Shown here piece by piece: positions 1-9,667 of a DNA stretch of 64,000 nt. How positions within the stretch are numbered: the first letter of the stretch is position 1; each line of letters starts with the position of its first letter. Source of the DNA: Candidatus Enterousia sp. GTDB lineage: Bacteria; Pseudomonadota; Alphaproteobacteria; Rs-D84. The notes beneath the pieces are model-generated. The model did not search any database. It was not told where the DNA came from and was given only the letters and a program-made list of their open reading frames with translations. Location: NCBI GenBank assembly GCA_045635825.1, contig JAZTWM010000006.1:12265-76264 (forward strand), in the 5' to 3' direction. A program made the position numbers and the translations under genes.

Positions 1-1320
1 TCCGCATTTGTCGCAGTGAACCAATGGAATTGGTTCCCCCCAATACATTTGGCGTGAAAATCCCCAGTCGCCCATGCGATAACGAACCTTTGGACGGGCA
101 AAGCCAGATTCTTCGCCAACCTTGATTGCGGCGGCGATTGCGTCTGCCTTGTTCATGCCATTCATAAAGCCAGAATTGATGTGTTCACCGTCACCAACCC
201 ATACCTTGTCTGGTTCGCCGCCGGCCAATACCGGGATAATTTCCAGATTGAATTTCTTGGCAAAGTCCCAGTCGCGTTCGTCATGGGCAGGTACCGCCAT
301 AATTGTACCATGTGCATAGTTTACCAATACATAGTCAGCCACAAATACAGGGATTTGTGTGCCGGTAAATGGATTTGTTGCCATGATGCCTTCCAGTTTG
401 ACGCCGGTTTTATCTTTGGTTGCGTCTGTTCTGTCAAATTCAGATTTGGCAGCAGATTCTTTGATGTATGCACGTACGGCATCTGCATTTGTAATGCGAC
501 CATCATCTAACCATTTTGCCAACAGTTTGTGTTCAGGTGCGATTGCACAGAAAGTAACGCCGAAGATTGTATCAACACGTGTTGTGTAAACGGTCATAAT
601 GTCGTCGTCAATACGGAAATCAACGTCGGCACCGGTTGAACGGCCAATCCAGTTGATTTGGTCGCGTTTAACTTTTTCTGGATAGTCAACATAGTTTAAA
701 CCGTCCAACAGTTTGTCTGCGTATTTAGTGATTGCCAGATTCCATTGCATTTTTTCGCGAACTTCTACTTCGCCATGGCAACGGTTGCATTTGCCGTCTT
801 CTAGTTCTTCGTTTGTTAATGTTGTACGGCACTTTGGACACCAATTCATTGGTAACATAGATTTATATGCTAAACCTGCATTAAAGAACTGGATAAACAT
901 CCATTGTGTCCATTTGATAAACTCAGGATCAGATGTTGCGACCTGGGCGTTTAGGTCAATAGACCATCCCATATCCAACATATTCTTGGTAAACTTTTCG
1001 GCCAATTCACGAACAACAACAGATGGGTGACGGCCGATTTTTGTTGCATAGTTTTCTGCAGAAATGCCCAGTGAATCAAACCCCAGTGGATACAATACGT
1101 CATAGCCCTGCATGCGGCGGAAACGTGCCATAACATCGCAACCGGTATAGTTTAACATATGACCGCCATGCAAGCCTGTGCCAGATGGGAATGGAAATTC
1201 AGCCAACATATAAAATGGTTGTTTGCTGCCGTCGTTTTTTGGTGTGAAAACACCACTGTCTTGCCATCTTTTTTGCCATTTTGCTTCGCGTTCATGTACC
1301 TTTTTGATATCTTCTGCCAT
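1..1320 (-). CDS. leuS: Leucyl-tRNA synthetase, N-terminal part (runs off the window edge). The minus-strand translation starts MAEDIKKVHEREAKWQKRWQDSGVFTP and continues through PFPSGTGLHGGH and WIGRS.
   Basis: Open frame from start codon (complement of 1318-1320) to the window edge with no stop; class I aaRS motifs (HGGH as HIGH variant, LeuRS-like editing region). Not in the ORF track because it is truncated. Confidence 0.8.
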   Translation of the reverse strand, partial: MAEDIKKVHEREAKWQKRWQDSGVFTPKNDGSKQPFYMLAEFPFPSGTGLHGGHMLNYTGCDVMARFRRMQGYDVLYPLGFDSLGISAENYATKIGRHPSVVVRELAEKFTKNMLDMGWSIDLNAQVATSDPEFIKWTQWMFIQFFNAGLAYKSMLPMNWCPKCRTTLTNEELEDGKCNRCHGEVEVREKMQWNLAITKYADKLLDGLNYVDYPEKVKRDQINWIGRSTGADVDFRIDDDIMTVYTTRVDTIFGVTFCAIAPEHKLLAKWLDDGRITNADAVRAYIKESAAKSEFDRTDATKDKTGVKLEGIMATNPFTGTQIPVFVADYVLVNYAHGTIMAVPAHDERDWDFAKKFNLEIIPVLAGGEPDKVWVGDGEHINSGFMNGMNKADAIAAAIKVGEESGFARPKVRYRMGDWGFSRQMYWGEPIPLVHCDKCG

Positions 1321-1392
1321 TTTAATTTTTCCTATGGTTGTTAATAACTGGGCGAATGTTAGCCCAAAATTACTGTGAATTCAAGGGTGGAT

Positions 1393-2106
1393 TTAGTTTT
1401 TCTTGGAAAAGTGTGCCAAAAATTCGGTGTTGCCACTGCCACCCAGTATTGGCGATTGGGTTATCCCACACAATCGAAAGCCAGATTTTGCAAATGTGTC
1501 TACTACATTTGTAATTGACTGTTCATGTAATTCTGTGGATTTTATAACGCCATTATATTTGGCGGATATTTCACGTGGGACTTCGAATTGTGGTTTAATC
1601 AGGGTGATTATGTTTTCTGCACCCCATGGAACCAGCGCGGATATAATGTTTGTTAATGATATAAATGAAACGTCAATTACAATTAAATCAACGATGGATT
1701 GTACCGCCAGTGTACGAATATCTGTTTGTTCCAGTGATACAACACGTGGATTGTTTTTTAGTTCAGGTATCAATTGGTCGGTGCCGACATCAACTGCATA
1801 AACACGTGATGCACCATTCTTTAATAGGATTTCTGTGAAACCGCCTGTGCTGGCCCCGACGTCTAGACATGCCATGCCCGATGGGTTTATGTTAAAATGT
1901 TCCAGTGCGTGTGCCAGTTTAAGGCTGCCACGACCGGTTGTGTATGGCAAGGGTTGTGCAGTTATTGTGTCATTTTCGCAAACTTGTTGACTGGGCTTCT
2001 TGGCGGGGACGTTATTTATAAATACTAATCCAGACTCAATAGCAGAAACTGCCTTGGTACGGGTGGGATAAAAATTATTAATAACTAACGCTTGATCTAG
2101 TCTCAT
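1393..2106 (-). CDS. tlyA: TlyA-family rRNA 2'-O-methyltransferase (S4 domain + FtsJ-like MTase). Likely start MRLDQALV at 2106, inside the longer tracked ORF 1393..2274.
   Basis: MRLDQALV..NNFYPTRTKA (S4-like) followed by LDVGASTGGFTE SAM-binding motif; length ~237 aa typical of TlyA. Confidence 0.7.
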   Translation of the reverse strand: MRLDQALVINNFYPTRTKAVSAIESGLVFINNVPAKKPSQQVCENDTITAQPLPYTTGRGSLKLAHALEHFNINPSGMACLDVGASTGGFTEILLKNGASRVYAVDVGTDQLIPELKNNPRVVSLEQTDIRTLAVQSIVDLIVIDVSFISLTNIISALVPWGAENIITLIKPQFEVPREISAKYNGVIKSTELHEQSITNVVDTFAKSGFRLCGITQSPILGGSGNTEFLAHFSKKN

Positions 2107-2199
2107 AAATAGTATAGTATCATGTTTCTTTCCTAAAATCAACTTGACAATATACGCTTTTGGTCTATGGTTGTTTTGTTGTATAAGCAAGGGGTTAGT

Positions 2200-2509
2200 T
2201 GTGACAGATGACACAAAACGCTTTAAAATTGAAGTCTTGAAAGATGGTATTGCCAGATATAAAGATGATATCAAAAGAGATAGACTGGCGGCGATTGGGT
2301 TGTTGTTGGGTGGAACAGTTGCAGCAGCAGGAACAGGGGCACAAATGGTGGAATATGAAACTGTTTTTGCAAAGGCGGTAACAGTATTGCTGATAGTTGG
2401 TGCATTAGGTCAAGGTGGTGTTGATGCAGTGCGGGTGATACGCAAGCAAAAACAGGTTAAACAAATGCAGACTCAGTTATTAGAACTGCAAAAACAATTA
2501 CAAAAATAA
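2200..2509 (+). CDS. Small hypothetical protein with a hydrophobic Gly/Ala core and a Q/K-rich coiled-coil tail; paralog of 2531..2845. Likely GTG start at 2200 after AAGGGG.
   Basis: Shares AALGQGGVDAVRVIRKQKQ with next ORF (AALGKGGADVVRAVKAQKQ); both preceded by AAGGGG-type RBS. The ORF track starts at 2144 but that is only 38 bp from the divergent tlyA start. Confidence 0.45.
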
Positions 2510-2530
2510 GTTTATATAAAGGGGATAGAG

Positions 2531-2845
2531 ATGGTGAATGAAAAATCAAGACGCTATATGATAGATACATTAAATGAAGGTGCTGATAAATATCAGGATG
2601 TTGCAAGTTATAGAAAGGTAAGTGCGGCATTATGCTTGATGGTGGGGGCGATTGCAACCGCGGCAGGTTCGTTATCGACAACATGCGATTATTTGAATAC
2701 GGGTGATAAGGCGATTATGTGGATTGCTGCTGTGGCTGCGCTGGGTAAAGGCGGTGCAGATGTGGTGCGTGCAGTCAAAGCACAAAAACAAGCAAATTTG
2801 TTGCGTAATGAAGCGTTGCTTGTTCAAAATCAAAAACAGAAATAG
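2531..2845 (+). CDS. Small hypothetical protein, tandem paralog of 2200..2509
   Basis: RBS AAAGGGGA 7 nt upstream of ATG; paralogy to preceding ORF; hydrophobic core + coiled-coil tail. Confidence 0.5.
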   Translation: MVNEKSRRYMIDTLNEGADKYQDVASYRKVSAALCLMVGAIATAAGSLSTTCDYLNTGDKAIMWIAAVAALGKGGADVVRAVKAQKQANLLRNEALLVQNQKQK

Positions 2846-2865
2846 TATTTGCAGGAGAGAAAGTT

Positions 2866-3144
2866 ATGAATAAATCTATGCAGGAAACAAATAGTGAAGT
2901 TTTGAAGTGTCAGGGGTGTCATGCCGGTTGTGTATGCGGTGCAGAGCCAATTCGTGATCCACGTAATGATAATGCGATTGTTGGTTGGCAACCTAAGGTT
3001 GGTTCTGTGGTTGTGTTTACATATTTGGATTTAGATAATGATATAATGCATTTGATGCCAATGCAGAGTAAGCGTTTGGCGGCATTAAAGGCATTGAATT
3101 TCTTGGCACCGATGTGTGATAAATATAAGCAGAATTGTCGATAA
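2866..3144 (+). CDS. Small cysteine-containing protein of unknown function (family member 1; the paralog is at 27222..27494). N-terminal CxGCxxxC, C-terminal CDKYKQNCR.
   Basis: RBS GGAGAGAAAG upstream; conserved C-terminal motif shared with the 27222..27494 ORF. Confidence 0.5.
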   Translation: MNKSMQETNSEVLKCQGCHAGCVCGAEPIRDPRNDNAIVGWQPKVGSVVVFTYLDLDNDIMHLMPMQSKRLAALKALNFLAPMCDKYKQNCR

Positions 3145-3149
3145 AAATA

Positions 3150-3181
3150 TGCTTAGGTCGGTTTATGCCGGCCTTTTTTAT
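3150..3181 (+). terminator. Possible rho-independent terminator (imperfect hairpin aggtcgg..ccggcct + T-run)
   Basis: Seen in sequence downstream of 2866..3144 stop. Confidence 0.3.
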
Positions 3182-3248
3182 TTAGTCAATCGTTCCTAGG
3201 GTATTTGTTGTGAAGGTATGATATTTTGAATATCAAAGGGAGGATAAA

Positions 3249-3725
3249 ATGAAAAAGTTTTGGTTATTTGTTTTTGCAATTATCGTATCTTTTGTGCCAG
3301 GGATTATTGGGGGATTTTTTTCGCCAATGTCGCCTGGGGCAAATGAATGGTATAACGGATTGATTCAGTCAGTCTTTACGCCAAATGGTTGGGTGTTTAG
3401 TATTGCGTGGATAATTCTTTATACGCTGTTGGGGGTTGCGTTGTTCTTGGTTATGAAAAGTTCAAAGCCACGCAAGTCTAAATCGGTTCCATATGCATTG
3501 TTTATATCGCAGATGTGTTTGAATGCGTTGTGGAGTTATTTGTTCTTTGGTTTGCATATGGTTGGTGGTGCGTTTATTGCGCTGGTTACTTTGCTTATGG
3601 TGGCGATATGGATGGCGGGGTCATTTCGTTCAATCAGTCGTGGGGCATCGTATTTGGTGTGGCCATATATTGTGTGGTTGTCCTTTGCGTTATATTTGAA
3701 TGGTGCAATCATAATGTTGAATTAA
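3249..3725 (+). CDS. tspO: TspO/MBR tryptophan-rich sensory protein
   Basis: 158 aa, five hydrophobic helices, W/Y-rich (NEWYNGL, FTPNGWVFSIAWIILY) typical of TspO; RBS AAGGGAGGA. Confidence 0.7.
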   Translation: MKKFWLFVFAIIVSFVPGIIGGFFSPMSPGANEWYNGLIQSVFTPNGWVFSIAWIILYTLLGVALFLVMKSSKPRKSKSVPYALFISQMCLNALWSYLFFGLHMVGGAFIALVTLLMVAIWMAGSFRSISRGASYLVWPYIVWLSFALYLNGAIIMLN

Positions 3726-3727
3726 AA

Positions 3728-3756
3728 AAATCCCACCGTTTGGTGGGTTTTTTATT
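3728..3756. terminator. Bidirectional rho-independent terminator (cccaccgtttggtggg flanked by A-run and T-run) between convergent tspO and rnhA
   Basis: Perfect hairpin with flanking poly-A/poly-T. Confidence 0.6.
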
Positions 3757-4180
3757 TTAATGATTCGGCGGCGGTTCGTGCCAATGTGTCAACGCGTTCG
3801 TTCATTTCGTGTCCTGCGTGTCCTTTGACCCAGTGCCAATGTATTTTTTTTGTAGAAGCCAGTTCGTCAAGTTGTTGCCACAGTTCTTGATTCTTGACGG
3901 GTTGTTTGCTGGCGGTACGCCAATTATTTTTCTTCCAATTTTTTATCCAAGATTGCATGCCGTTTTTTACATACTGGCTGTCTGTGTGGATTTCCAATTC
4001 GCTATGATTTTTTGCGGCGGTTAATGCGCGTATTACCGCCATTAATTCCATGCGATTGTTTGTGGTGTTTTTTTCGCCACCGCTGCGTTCTGCAATGTTT
4101 TTGCCGTCAGTTGCAACAAATCCCCAGCCCCCAGGTCCGGGGTTGCCCAGGCATGAACCGTCTGTCCAAATTTTTAACAT
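3752..4180 (-). CDS. rnhA: Ribonuclease HI. Start MLKIWTDGSCLGNPGPGGWG at 4180; the tracked ORF extends further upstream to 4282.
   Basis: TDGSC..GNPGPGG, TNNRMEL, HTDSQY, VKGHAGH..NE..D: full RNase H catalytic signature; 142 aa. Confidence 0.85.
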   Translation of the reverse strand: MLKIWTDGSCLGNPGPGGWGFVATDGKNIAERSGGEKNTTNNRMELMAVIRALTAAKNHSELEIHTDSQYVKNGMQSWIKNWKKNNWRTASKQPVKNQELWQQLDELASTKKIHWHWVKGHAGHEMNERVDTLARTAAESLK

Positions 4181-4188
4181 TTTATATG

Positions 4189-4208
4189 ATTCCTTTTTGT
4201 GATATAAT
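4189..4208 (+). promoter_or_regulatory. Candidate sigma70 extended -10 (TGaTATAAT at 4200-4208) directly upstream of tkt; would give a leaderless or very short-leader mRNA
   Basis: Consensus TATAAT with TGn extension 8 nt before the tkt ATG; no SD visible. Confidence 0.35.
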
Positions 4209-4215
4209 ACCACAC

Positions 4216-6003
4216 ATGAAGTATAATTCCAAAGATTTAAAAGAAATGGCGAATGCAGTGCGCGCATGGGCATTGCATGCAATTAGAATCGCAGGCAGTG
4301 GACATGTTGGTATTGTCTTGGGGTGTGCGGATATTGTGACGGCGGTTTATGCTAACTTTTTGCGTCGTGGTCGTGATCGATTCGTTTTGTCTGCTGGACA
4401 TGGCAGTGCGTTATTGTATTCGGTCTTGAAACTGGCTGGATATGATATTGGTGAATTAGATTCTTTTCGTAAAATTGGTGGATTGCCCGGACATCCTGAG
4501 TTTGGTATCACAGGTGTCGATGCGACGACTGGACCGTTGGGGCAGGGGGTTGGAAATGCAGTTGGTATGGCATTGGCTGCGAAAATAAAAGACGCAGATA
4601 CAGATGCAAAAGTTTATTGTTTGTGTGGCGATGGTGATTTAATGGAAGGCGTTGCCCAGGAATCTGTTGCGTTTGCAGGGCGGTATAATTTAAATAATTT
4701 GATTCTGTTATGGGATGATAATGGAATTAGTATTGATGGTGTGGCACAAACAGATGTGGATATTCCTGCACGAATGACAGCGGCAGGATGGCGTGTCTTG
4801 ACTGTTGCGGGTGACGATTTTGCGTCTTTGAATCGTGTGCTGTCAATGGCGCAACGATCAAACAAGCCGACATTTATACAATGCAAAACCCAAATTGGTG
4901 CGATGTCATCTGTGGCCGGTATGGCCAAGGCACATGGTTTTGGCCTGGGTGATGCAGAATTGATGCAGTTGGTGCAAAAGTTTTTGTCGCCTGTGGGTGA
5001 AAATATGTGGCGTAATGTTGCAATGGAACAAGGGGTGGTTGAACTGACGGAATCAGAACCTTTTGTTTTGCCGCATGTTGCGTTGCCACAGGTTGGTGAA
5101 TGGATTTCAACACGTGAATTGTCGGGTATTTATTTGAATGAATTGTTGCAGGCAGGTGCAAATATTGTCGGTGGCAGTGCGGATTTAGGTGGCAGTACAA
5201 ATGTCAAGGTGTCGGCATCACGTGAAATTTCTGTGGATGATTTTAGGGGCAATTATATCAATTATGGTGTGCGTGAATTTGCAATGTCAGCAATCATGAA
5301 TGGTATGGCGGCGATGGGGATGCGTGTATATGGTTCAACGTTCTTGGTGTTTAGTGATTATATGCGTGCAGGAATGCGTTTGTCGGCGTTATCGGGGTTG
5401 CCGGTTGTTTATGTGCTGACCCATGATAGTATTGCAGTTGGCGAAGATGGGCCAACGCATCAGCCAATCGAACAATTGCCATCGTTACGTATGATTCCAA
5501 ATATGAATGTGTTCAGGCCATGTAATGGTGCGGAATTGATGTATGCATGGCGGTGTGGTTTGTGTGCGGATAATCGTCCAACGTCCATTGTTTTATCACG
5601 TCAAAAAATACGTCAGGTTTCAACCCCATTGGGTGCGGACCTGTCGCGTGGTGCGTATGTTATTCGTCCATCGGATACGACACGTGTTCGTGCAACTATT
5701 TTGGCCACCGGCAGCGAGGTGCCTTTGGCGTTTGATGTTGCAGAAAAATTGGGGGCAGGGGTTCAGGTTGTGTCTGTACCATCGGTTGCGGATTTTCGTG
5801 CCCAAGATAATGCATATAAGCAAGAGATTTTACGTGGTCTGGTTGTTGCGATAGAAGCGGCGACATCTGCACCATGGTTTGAGTTTGCAGATGTTGTGTT
5901 TGGTGCAGATGAATTTGGATTGTCTGGTGATGGTGAAACGGTATATCGCCATATGGGGTTTGATGCGGATGCAATCGCACAGAGTTTGGCGGACAAGATT
6001 TAG
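4216..6003 (+). CDS. tkt: Transketolase. Start MKYNSKDLKEMANAVRAWALHAIRIAGSGHVG; the tracked ORF begins earlier at 4012.
   Basis: SGH.G thiamine-PP motif, GDGDLMEG, transketolase C-terminal domain; ~595 aa. Confidence 0.85.
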   Translation: MKYNSKDLKEMANAVRAWALHAIRIAGSGHVGIVLGCADIVTAVYANFLRRGRDRFVLSAGHGSALLYSVLKLAGYDIGELDSFRKIGGLPGHPEFGITGVDATTGPLGQGVGNAVGMALAAKIKDADTDAKVYCLCGDGDLMEGVAQESVAFAGRYNLNNLILLWDDNGISIDGVAQTDVDIPARMTAAGWRVLTVAGDDFASLNRVLSMAQRSNKPTFIQCKTQIGAMSSVAGMAKAHGFGLGDAELMQLVQKFLSPVGENMWRNVAMEQGVVELTESEPFVLPHVALPQVGEWISTRELSGIYLNELLQAGANIVGGSADLGGSTNVKVSASREISVDDFRGNYINYGVREFAMSAIMNGMAAMGMRVYGSTFLVFSDYMRAGMRLSALSGLPVVYVLTHDSIAVGEDGPTHQPIEQLPSLRMIPNMNVFRPCNGAELMYAWRCGLCADNRPTSIVLSRQKIRQVSTPLGADLSRGAYVIRPSDTTRVRATILATGSEVPLAFDVAEKLGAGVQVVSVPSVADFRAQDNAYKQEILRGLVVAIEAATSAPWFEFADVVFGADEFGLSGDGETVYRHMGFDADAIAQSLADKI

Positions 6004-6009
6004 GTGCAG

Positions 6010-6708
6010 ATGGCGGAATATATTTTTACTTTGTCATCTGGGGAAGAAGTTCCTGTTGTAATTACAACAAGGCGTGGTGTTCGTAGTATAACGCTTAGGC
6101 CTAAGACTGTGCCAAAGCGAGAGATTCATATTTCAAAACCATGGTTGGTATCAGAAAGCACAGCGATTAGGTTTTTAACCTCAAAGCAACGTTGGATTGA
6201 ATGTATTTTTCAAAAGTGTCCACAGAAGATTACGTTGTCTCCGGGTGATGAAATAGAGTTTTTGGGGCGTATCGTTCAGTTAGAGCACTGTCCGTCAATG
6301 CGTTCTAATAAGTTTAGTGATGGTGGTGCACGTTTAATGATTGGTGGTGCACGCGATATGTTTGAGCGGCGTGTGCGTGATGTTATAAAGGCAGAGTTCT
6401 TGAACCATGTAAAAGATGTTGTGCGTACTGCCCCGCGTGAGTTTTGGCCACAACGTATTGCAATTCGTGATACGACCAGTCGTTGGGGCAGTTGTTCAAC
6501 GTCGGGAACAATGTCTTTTTCGTGGCGGTTAGCCTTTGCACCATTGGATGTGTTGCGATATGTTGTTATGCATGAATTGGCACACAGAAAGCATATGGAC
6601 CATTCGCCTGAGTTTTGGGCGACAGTTCGTGAATTGTATGGTTTTGGGGTAGAACGGGCCAAGCGTTGGTTGGCACAGCATGGTGGGGAATTGCACAGGT
6701 ATTTTTGA
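6010..6708 (+). CDS. YgjP/DUF45-family zinc metallohydrolase (HExxH near the C-terminus: HELAHRKHMDHSPEFW); its start overlaps the tkt stop.
   Basis: HELAHxxHxxHSxxFW motif characteristic of the DUF45/WLM-like metal-dependent hydrolase family; ends with TGA. Confidence 0.55.
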   Translation: MAEYIFTLSSGEEVPVVITTRRGVRSITLRPKTVPKREIHISKPWLVSESTAIRFLTSKQRWIECIFQKCPQKITLSPGDEIEFLGRIVQLEHCPSMRSNKFSDGGARLMIGGARDMFERRVRDVIKAEFLNHVKDVVRTAPREFWPQRIAIRDTTSRWGSCSTSGTMSFSWRLAFAPLDVLRYVVMHELAHRKHMDHSPEFWATVRELYGFGVERAKRWLAQHGGELHRYF

Positions 6709-6904
6709 TTTAATTGTGTGCTTATTTATACTTGCAAAAAAATATTTTTGTCCTATGATATAGTGGATATGATAAATAAAGACTTTATTTTTGTCATCTT
6801 GCATCACGCCCATGCGGGCGAATATTAGCATATTGTGTTTTTCTGTGGTATAATTGACATTGATAATGTCGCAATTTTTCATATAAACAATAGGATAAAA
6901 TAAA

Positions 6905-8197
6905 ATGGATTTGAAACCAACGAAACCTTTGTCGGGATTTATAGAACTAACACCTGTTCAGCAGCGCTGTTTTGATGAATGTGCCAGACGTATGCAAAAT
7001 GTATTGCGGGGGGCTGGTTTTTCGCACTTGGATTTGCCTGCGATTGAACGTGCCGAGGTTTTGACAGATAAAGACAATTGGGATGAAATTGAAACACAGA
7101 TGTTCTTGTTTCAAAAGGGTGATACCAAAATGGGGTTGCGATATGATGGTACGGTTGGTTTGTCGCGTTATGTTGCAGGTAATATGAATAATTTGGTATT
7201 CCCATTCCGCGCATATCAGTTTGCACGTAATTATCGTGGTGAACGTCCACAGCGTGGTCGCTATCGCGAGTTTTATCAGATGGATTTAGATATTATGGGG
7301 GTCGGTTCACTGTCGGTGAATTATGATGCAGAAATTGTTGCTACATTATCACGTGTGTATGAATCTGTGGCTGAGTTTATTGGTCCAACAGTTGTGCGTG
7401 TTGGTAATCGTAAGTTCTGGAATGCAATGTTTGATTATTTGAATCTGGACGACACGCAAAGACGCAGTGCATTTGTACTGATTGACAAGAAAGACAAATT
7501 AAAAGATTTCCAAGAAGGATTAATTGAAGAAGTTGGCGAAGTGGCGGCAACAGAAATCAATCGTGTATTTGCAGATGGGTATCAGTCTTTTGAAGGTAAG
7601 AGTGAGGCCTTGGATTCAGCAATTGCAGAAATTAATAACTTTATGGAATTGTTGCGTGCAATGGGTATTGCCAATGCCAGAATTGATTTGGGTATTATGC
7701 GTGGACATGCATATTACACAGGTGTTGTGTTTGAATTCTTTTTAGAAAACTTCCCAGAATTGGGGGCAATTGGTGGTGGTGGTCGTTATGAAGATTTGGC
7801 ATCAAAGTTTTCTAAGACCAAGATTATTGGCGTGGGTGCGGCGGTTGGTTTTTCTCGATTGATGGTTGCGTTGATGGACGATAATCGTATAGATCTTAGT
7901 TCTTTTGAAACACCGGTTGATGTTGCTGTGCTGTGTATGGGGGCGGATCAGGTCGTGTATTCTATGTCTGTGTTGGGGGCATTACGTGATATGGGTATTG
8001 CGTCCGTTGCGTATTTGGATGCAGATAAGAAATTCAAAAATCAAATTGAATATGCCGATAAAATTAATGCCCGTTTCAGTATGATTGTTGGCGAAAATGA
8101 AAGGGTTGGTCAAACTGTGGCCTTGAAGAATATGGTGTCTGGCGATCAGGTGAATGTGTCTGTTGCGGATGCAATTAAAATGGTAAAGGGTGAATAA
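6905..8197 (+). CDS. hisS: Histidyl-tRNA synthetase
   Basis: Class II motifs: FRAYQFARNYRGERPQRGRYREFYQMD (motif 2) and GGGRYEDL (motif 3); 430 aa. Confidence 0.85.
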   Translation: MDLKPTKPLSGFIELTPVQQRCFDECARRMQNVLRGAGFSHLDLPAIERAEVLTDKDNWDEIETQMFLFQKGDTKMGLRYDGTVGLSRYVAGNMNNLVFPFRAYQFARNYRGERPQRGRYREFYQMDLDIMGVGSLSVNYDAEIVATLSRVYESVAEFIGPTVVRVGNRKFWNAMFDYLNLDDTQRRSAFVLIDKKDKLKDFQEGLIEEVGEVAATEINRVFADGYQSFEGKSEALDSAIAEINNFMELLRAMGIANARIDLGIMRGHAYYTGVVFEFFLENFPELGAIGGGGRYEDLASKFSKTKIIGVGAAVGFSRLMVALMDDNRIDLSSFETPVDVAVLCMGADQVVYSMSVLGALRDMGIASVAYLDADKKFKNQIEYADKINARFSMIVGENERVGQTVALKNMVSGDQVNVSVADAIKMVKGE

Positions 8198-8199
8198 TA

Positions 8200-9264
8200 A
8201 TGATTGTTGAACAGAAATTGCGTGATATTCAAACACGCGCGGCAGAAATTGAATCACAGATGAATTCAGGTGATATTTCTGGCGATGAATTGACACGCCT
8301 GTCCAAGGAATATTCCAGATTAAATGAAATATTGCCTTTGGTTGCAGAATATTTTCAAACGGTGGCCGGCATCAATGATGCACGTGAAATGCAGGGCGAT
8401 CCAGAATTGCGTGATATTGCGAATGAGCAGTTGATTGAATTAAATCATAAATTGCCAGAAATTGAAAAGAATCTGCAAATTGCATTATTGCCACGTGATG
8501 ATGCAGATGATAATAGTGTGATTATGGAAATTCGTGCCGGTGTTGGTGGTGAAGAATCTGCATTGTTTGCGGGGGATTTATATAATCAGTACAAGTCATA
8601 CGCCTTGCGTCAGGGTTGGCGGGTTGAGGTTGTAGAAGAAAATGCAACATCACTGCGTGGCTACAAAGAAATTATATTCAAGATTGATGGGGCCGGTGCG
8701 TATGGTCGTATGAAATTTGAATCGGGGATTCATCGTGTTCAGCGCGTTCCAGAAACCGAAGCAGGTGGACGTATTCACACCAGTGCGGCATCTGTTGCCG
8801 TTATGCCTGAGGCCAAAGATATTGACGTTGTAATTGAAGACAAGGACATTCGTATTGATATTTTCCGTGCATCTGGTGCCGGTGGTCAACACGTTAATAA
8901 AACAGACAGTGCGATTCGTATTACACACTTTCCAACCGGTATTGTTGTGACATGTCAAAATGAACGCAGTCAGTTGCAAAATAAAATTGCGGCGATGTCT
9001 GTTTTGCGTTCCAAGTTGTATGAAAAACAGCGTACCGAACAAATGAATGCCAGCAATGCATCACGTAAATCCATGGTTGGTTCGGGTGATCGCAGTGAAA
9101 AGATTCGTACATATAATTTCCCAGAACAGCGTGTGACAGATCATCGTATTAAACTGACATTGTACAAGTTGGATGATATCTTGGCAGGTGGTGCGGGATT
9201 GGATGAAATGATTGATGCGTTGATTGCAGCGGATCAGTTGGAACAATTAACAAATATGGAGTAG
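8200..9264 (+). CDS. prfA: Peptide chain release factor 1
   Basis: GGQ motif (RASGAGGQHVNKTDSAIRITH) and PxT-type tripeptide (RVPETEAGGRIHTS); no frameshift site as in RF2. Confidence 0.8.
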   Translation: MIVEQKLRDIQTRAAEIESQMNSGDISGDELTRLSKEYSRLNEILPLVAEYFQTVAGINDAREMQGDPELRDIANEQLIELNHKLPEIEKNLQIALLPRDDADDNSVIMEIRAGVGGEESALFAGDLYNQYKSYALRQGWRVEVVEENATSLRGYKEIIFKIDGAGAYGRMKFESGIHRVQRVPETEAGGRIHTSAASVAVMPEAKDIDVVIEDKDIRIDIFRASGAGGQHVNKTDSAIRITHFPTGIVVTCQNERSQLQNKIAAMSVLRSKLYEKQRTEQMNASNASRKSMVGSGDRSEKIRTYNFPEQRVTDHRIKLTLYKLDDILAGGAGLDEMIDALIAADQLEQLTNME

Positions 9265-9272
9265 GAATCGTC

Positions 9273-9563
9273 ATGAAACGCTTAGCAACCTTGCAATCGG
9301 TGTATTCTTTGCATCAGCAAGCGTTGGGGGGAAAGGCGTATTCGCAATATACAGATGATGAAATTAAATTGCATGTTCAGTCTTTGACCATTGCAAACTG
9401 TATCGCGGATTATGCCCGGTTAGAGATGCGTATTGGTGAAATCAAGCAGTTTATTGCAACGTATGACCAGAAACCATGCGTTTATGAAAAAATTATTGCC
9501 GATACATGGCGTTGGATTTTGGATTTAAAGCCACAGTTACCATTACAGGTTCGTTCACGATAG
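9273..9563 (+). CDS. Hypothetical 96-aa protein downstream of prfA (at the position where prmC is usually found).
   Basis: ORF with an AGGAA-like RBS; no recognisable motif. Confidence 0.3.
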   Translation: MKRLATLQSVYSLHQQALGGKAYSQYTDDEIKLHVQSLTIANCIADYARLEMRIGEIKQFIATYDQKPCVYEKIIADTWRWILDLKPQLPLQVRSR

Positions 9564-9667
9564 CGTGCAGGATTTGTTGATTGGAAAATATTTGAAAATA
9601 TGGTACTATATACTGTATGTACAGGTACAGTTTATTGCCTGAATTGTGTGCAGGGATATCAAGAGAG

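Noticed and set aside
4012-4215. Longer transketolase start (ORF track begins at 4012)
   Set aside because: The upstream 68 codons (MRRLMRVLPPLIPCDCLWCFF...) have no counterpart in transketolases and overlap rnhA on the opposite strand. The conserved N-terminus begins at MKYNSK (4216).
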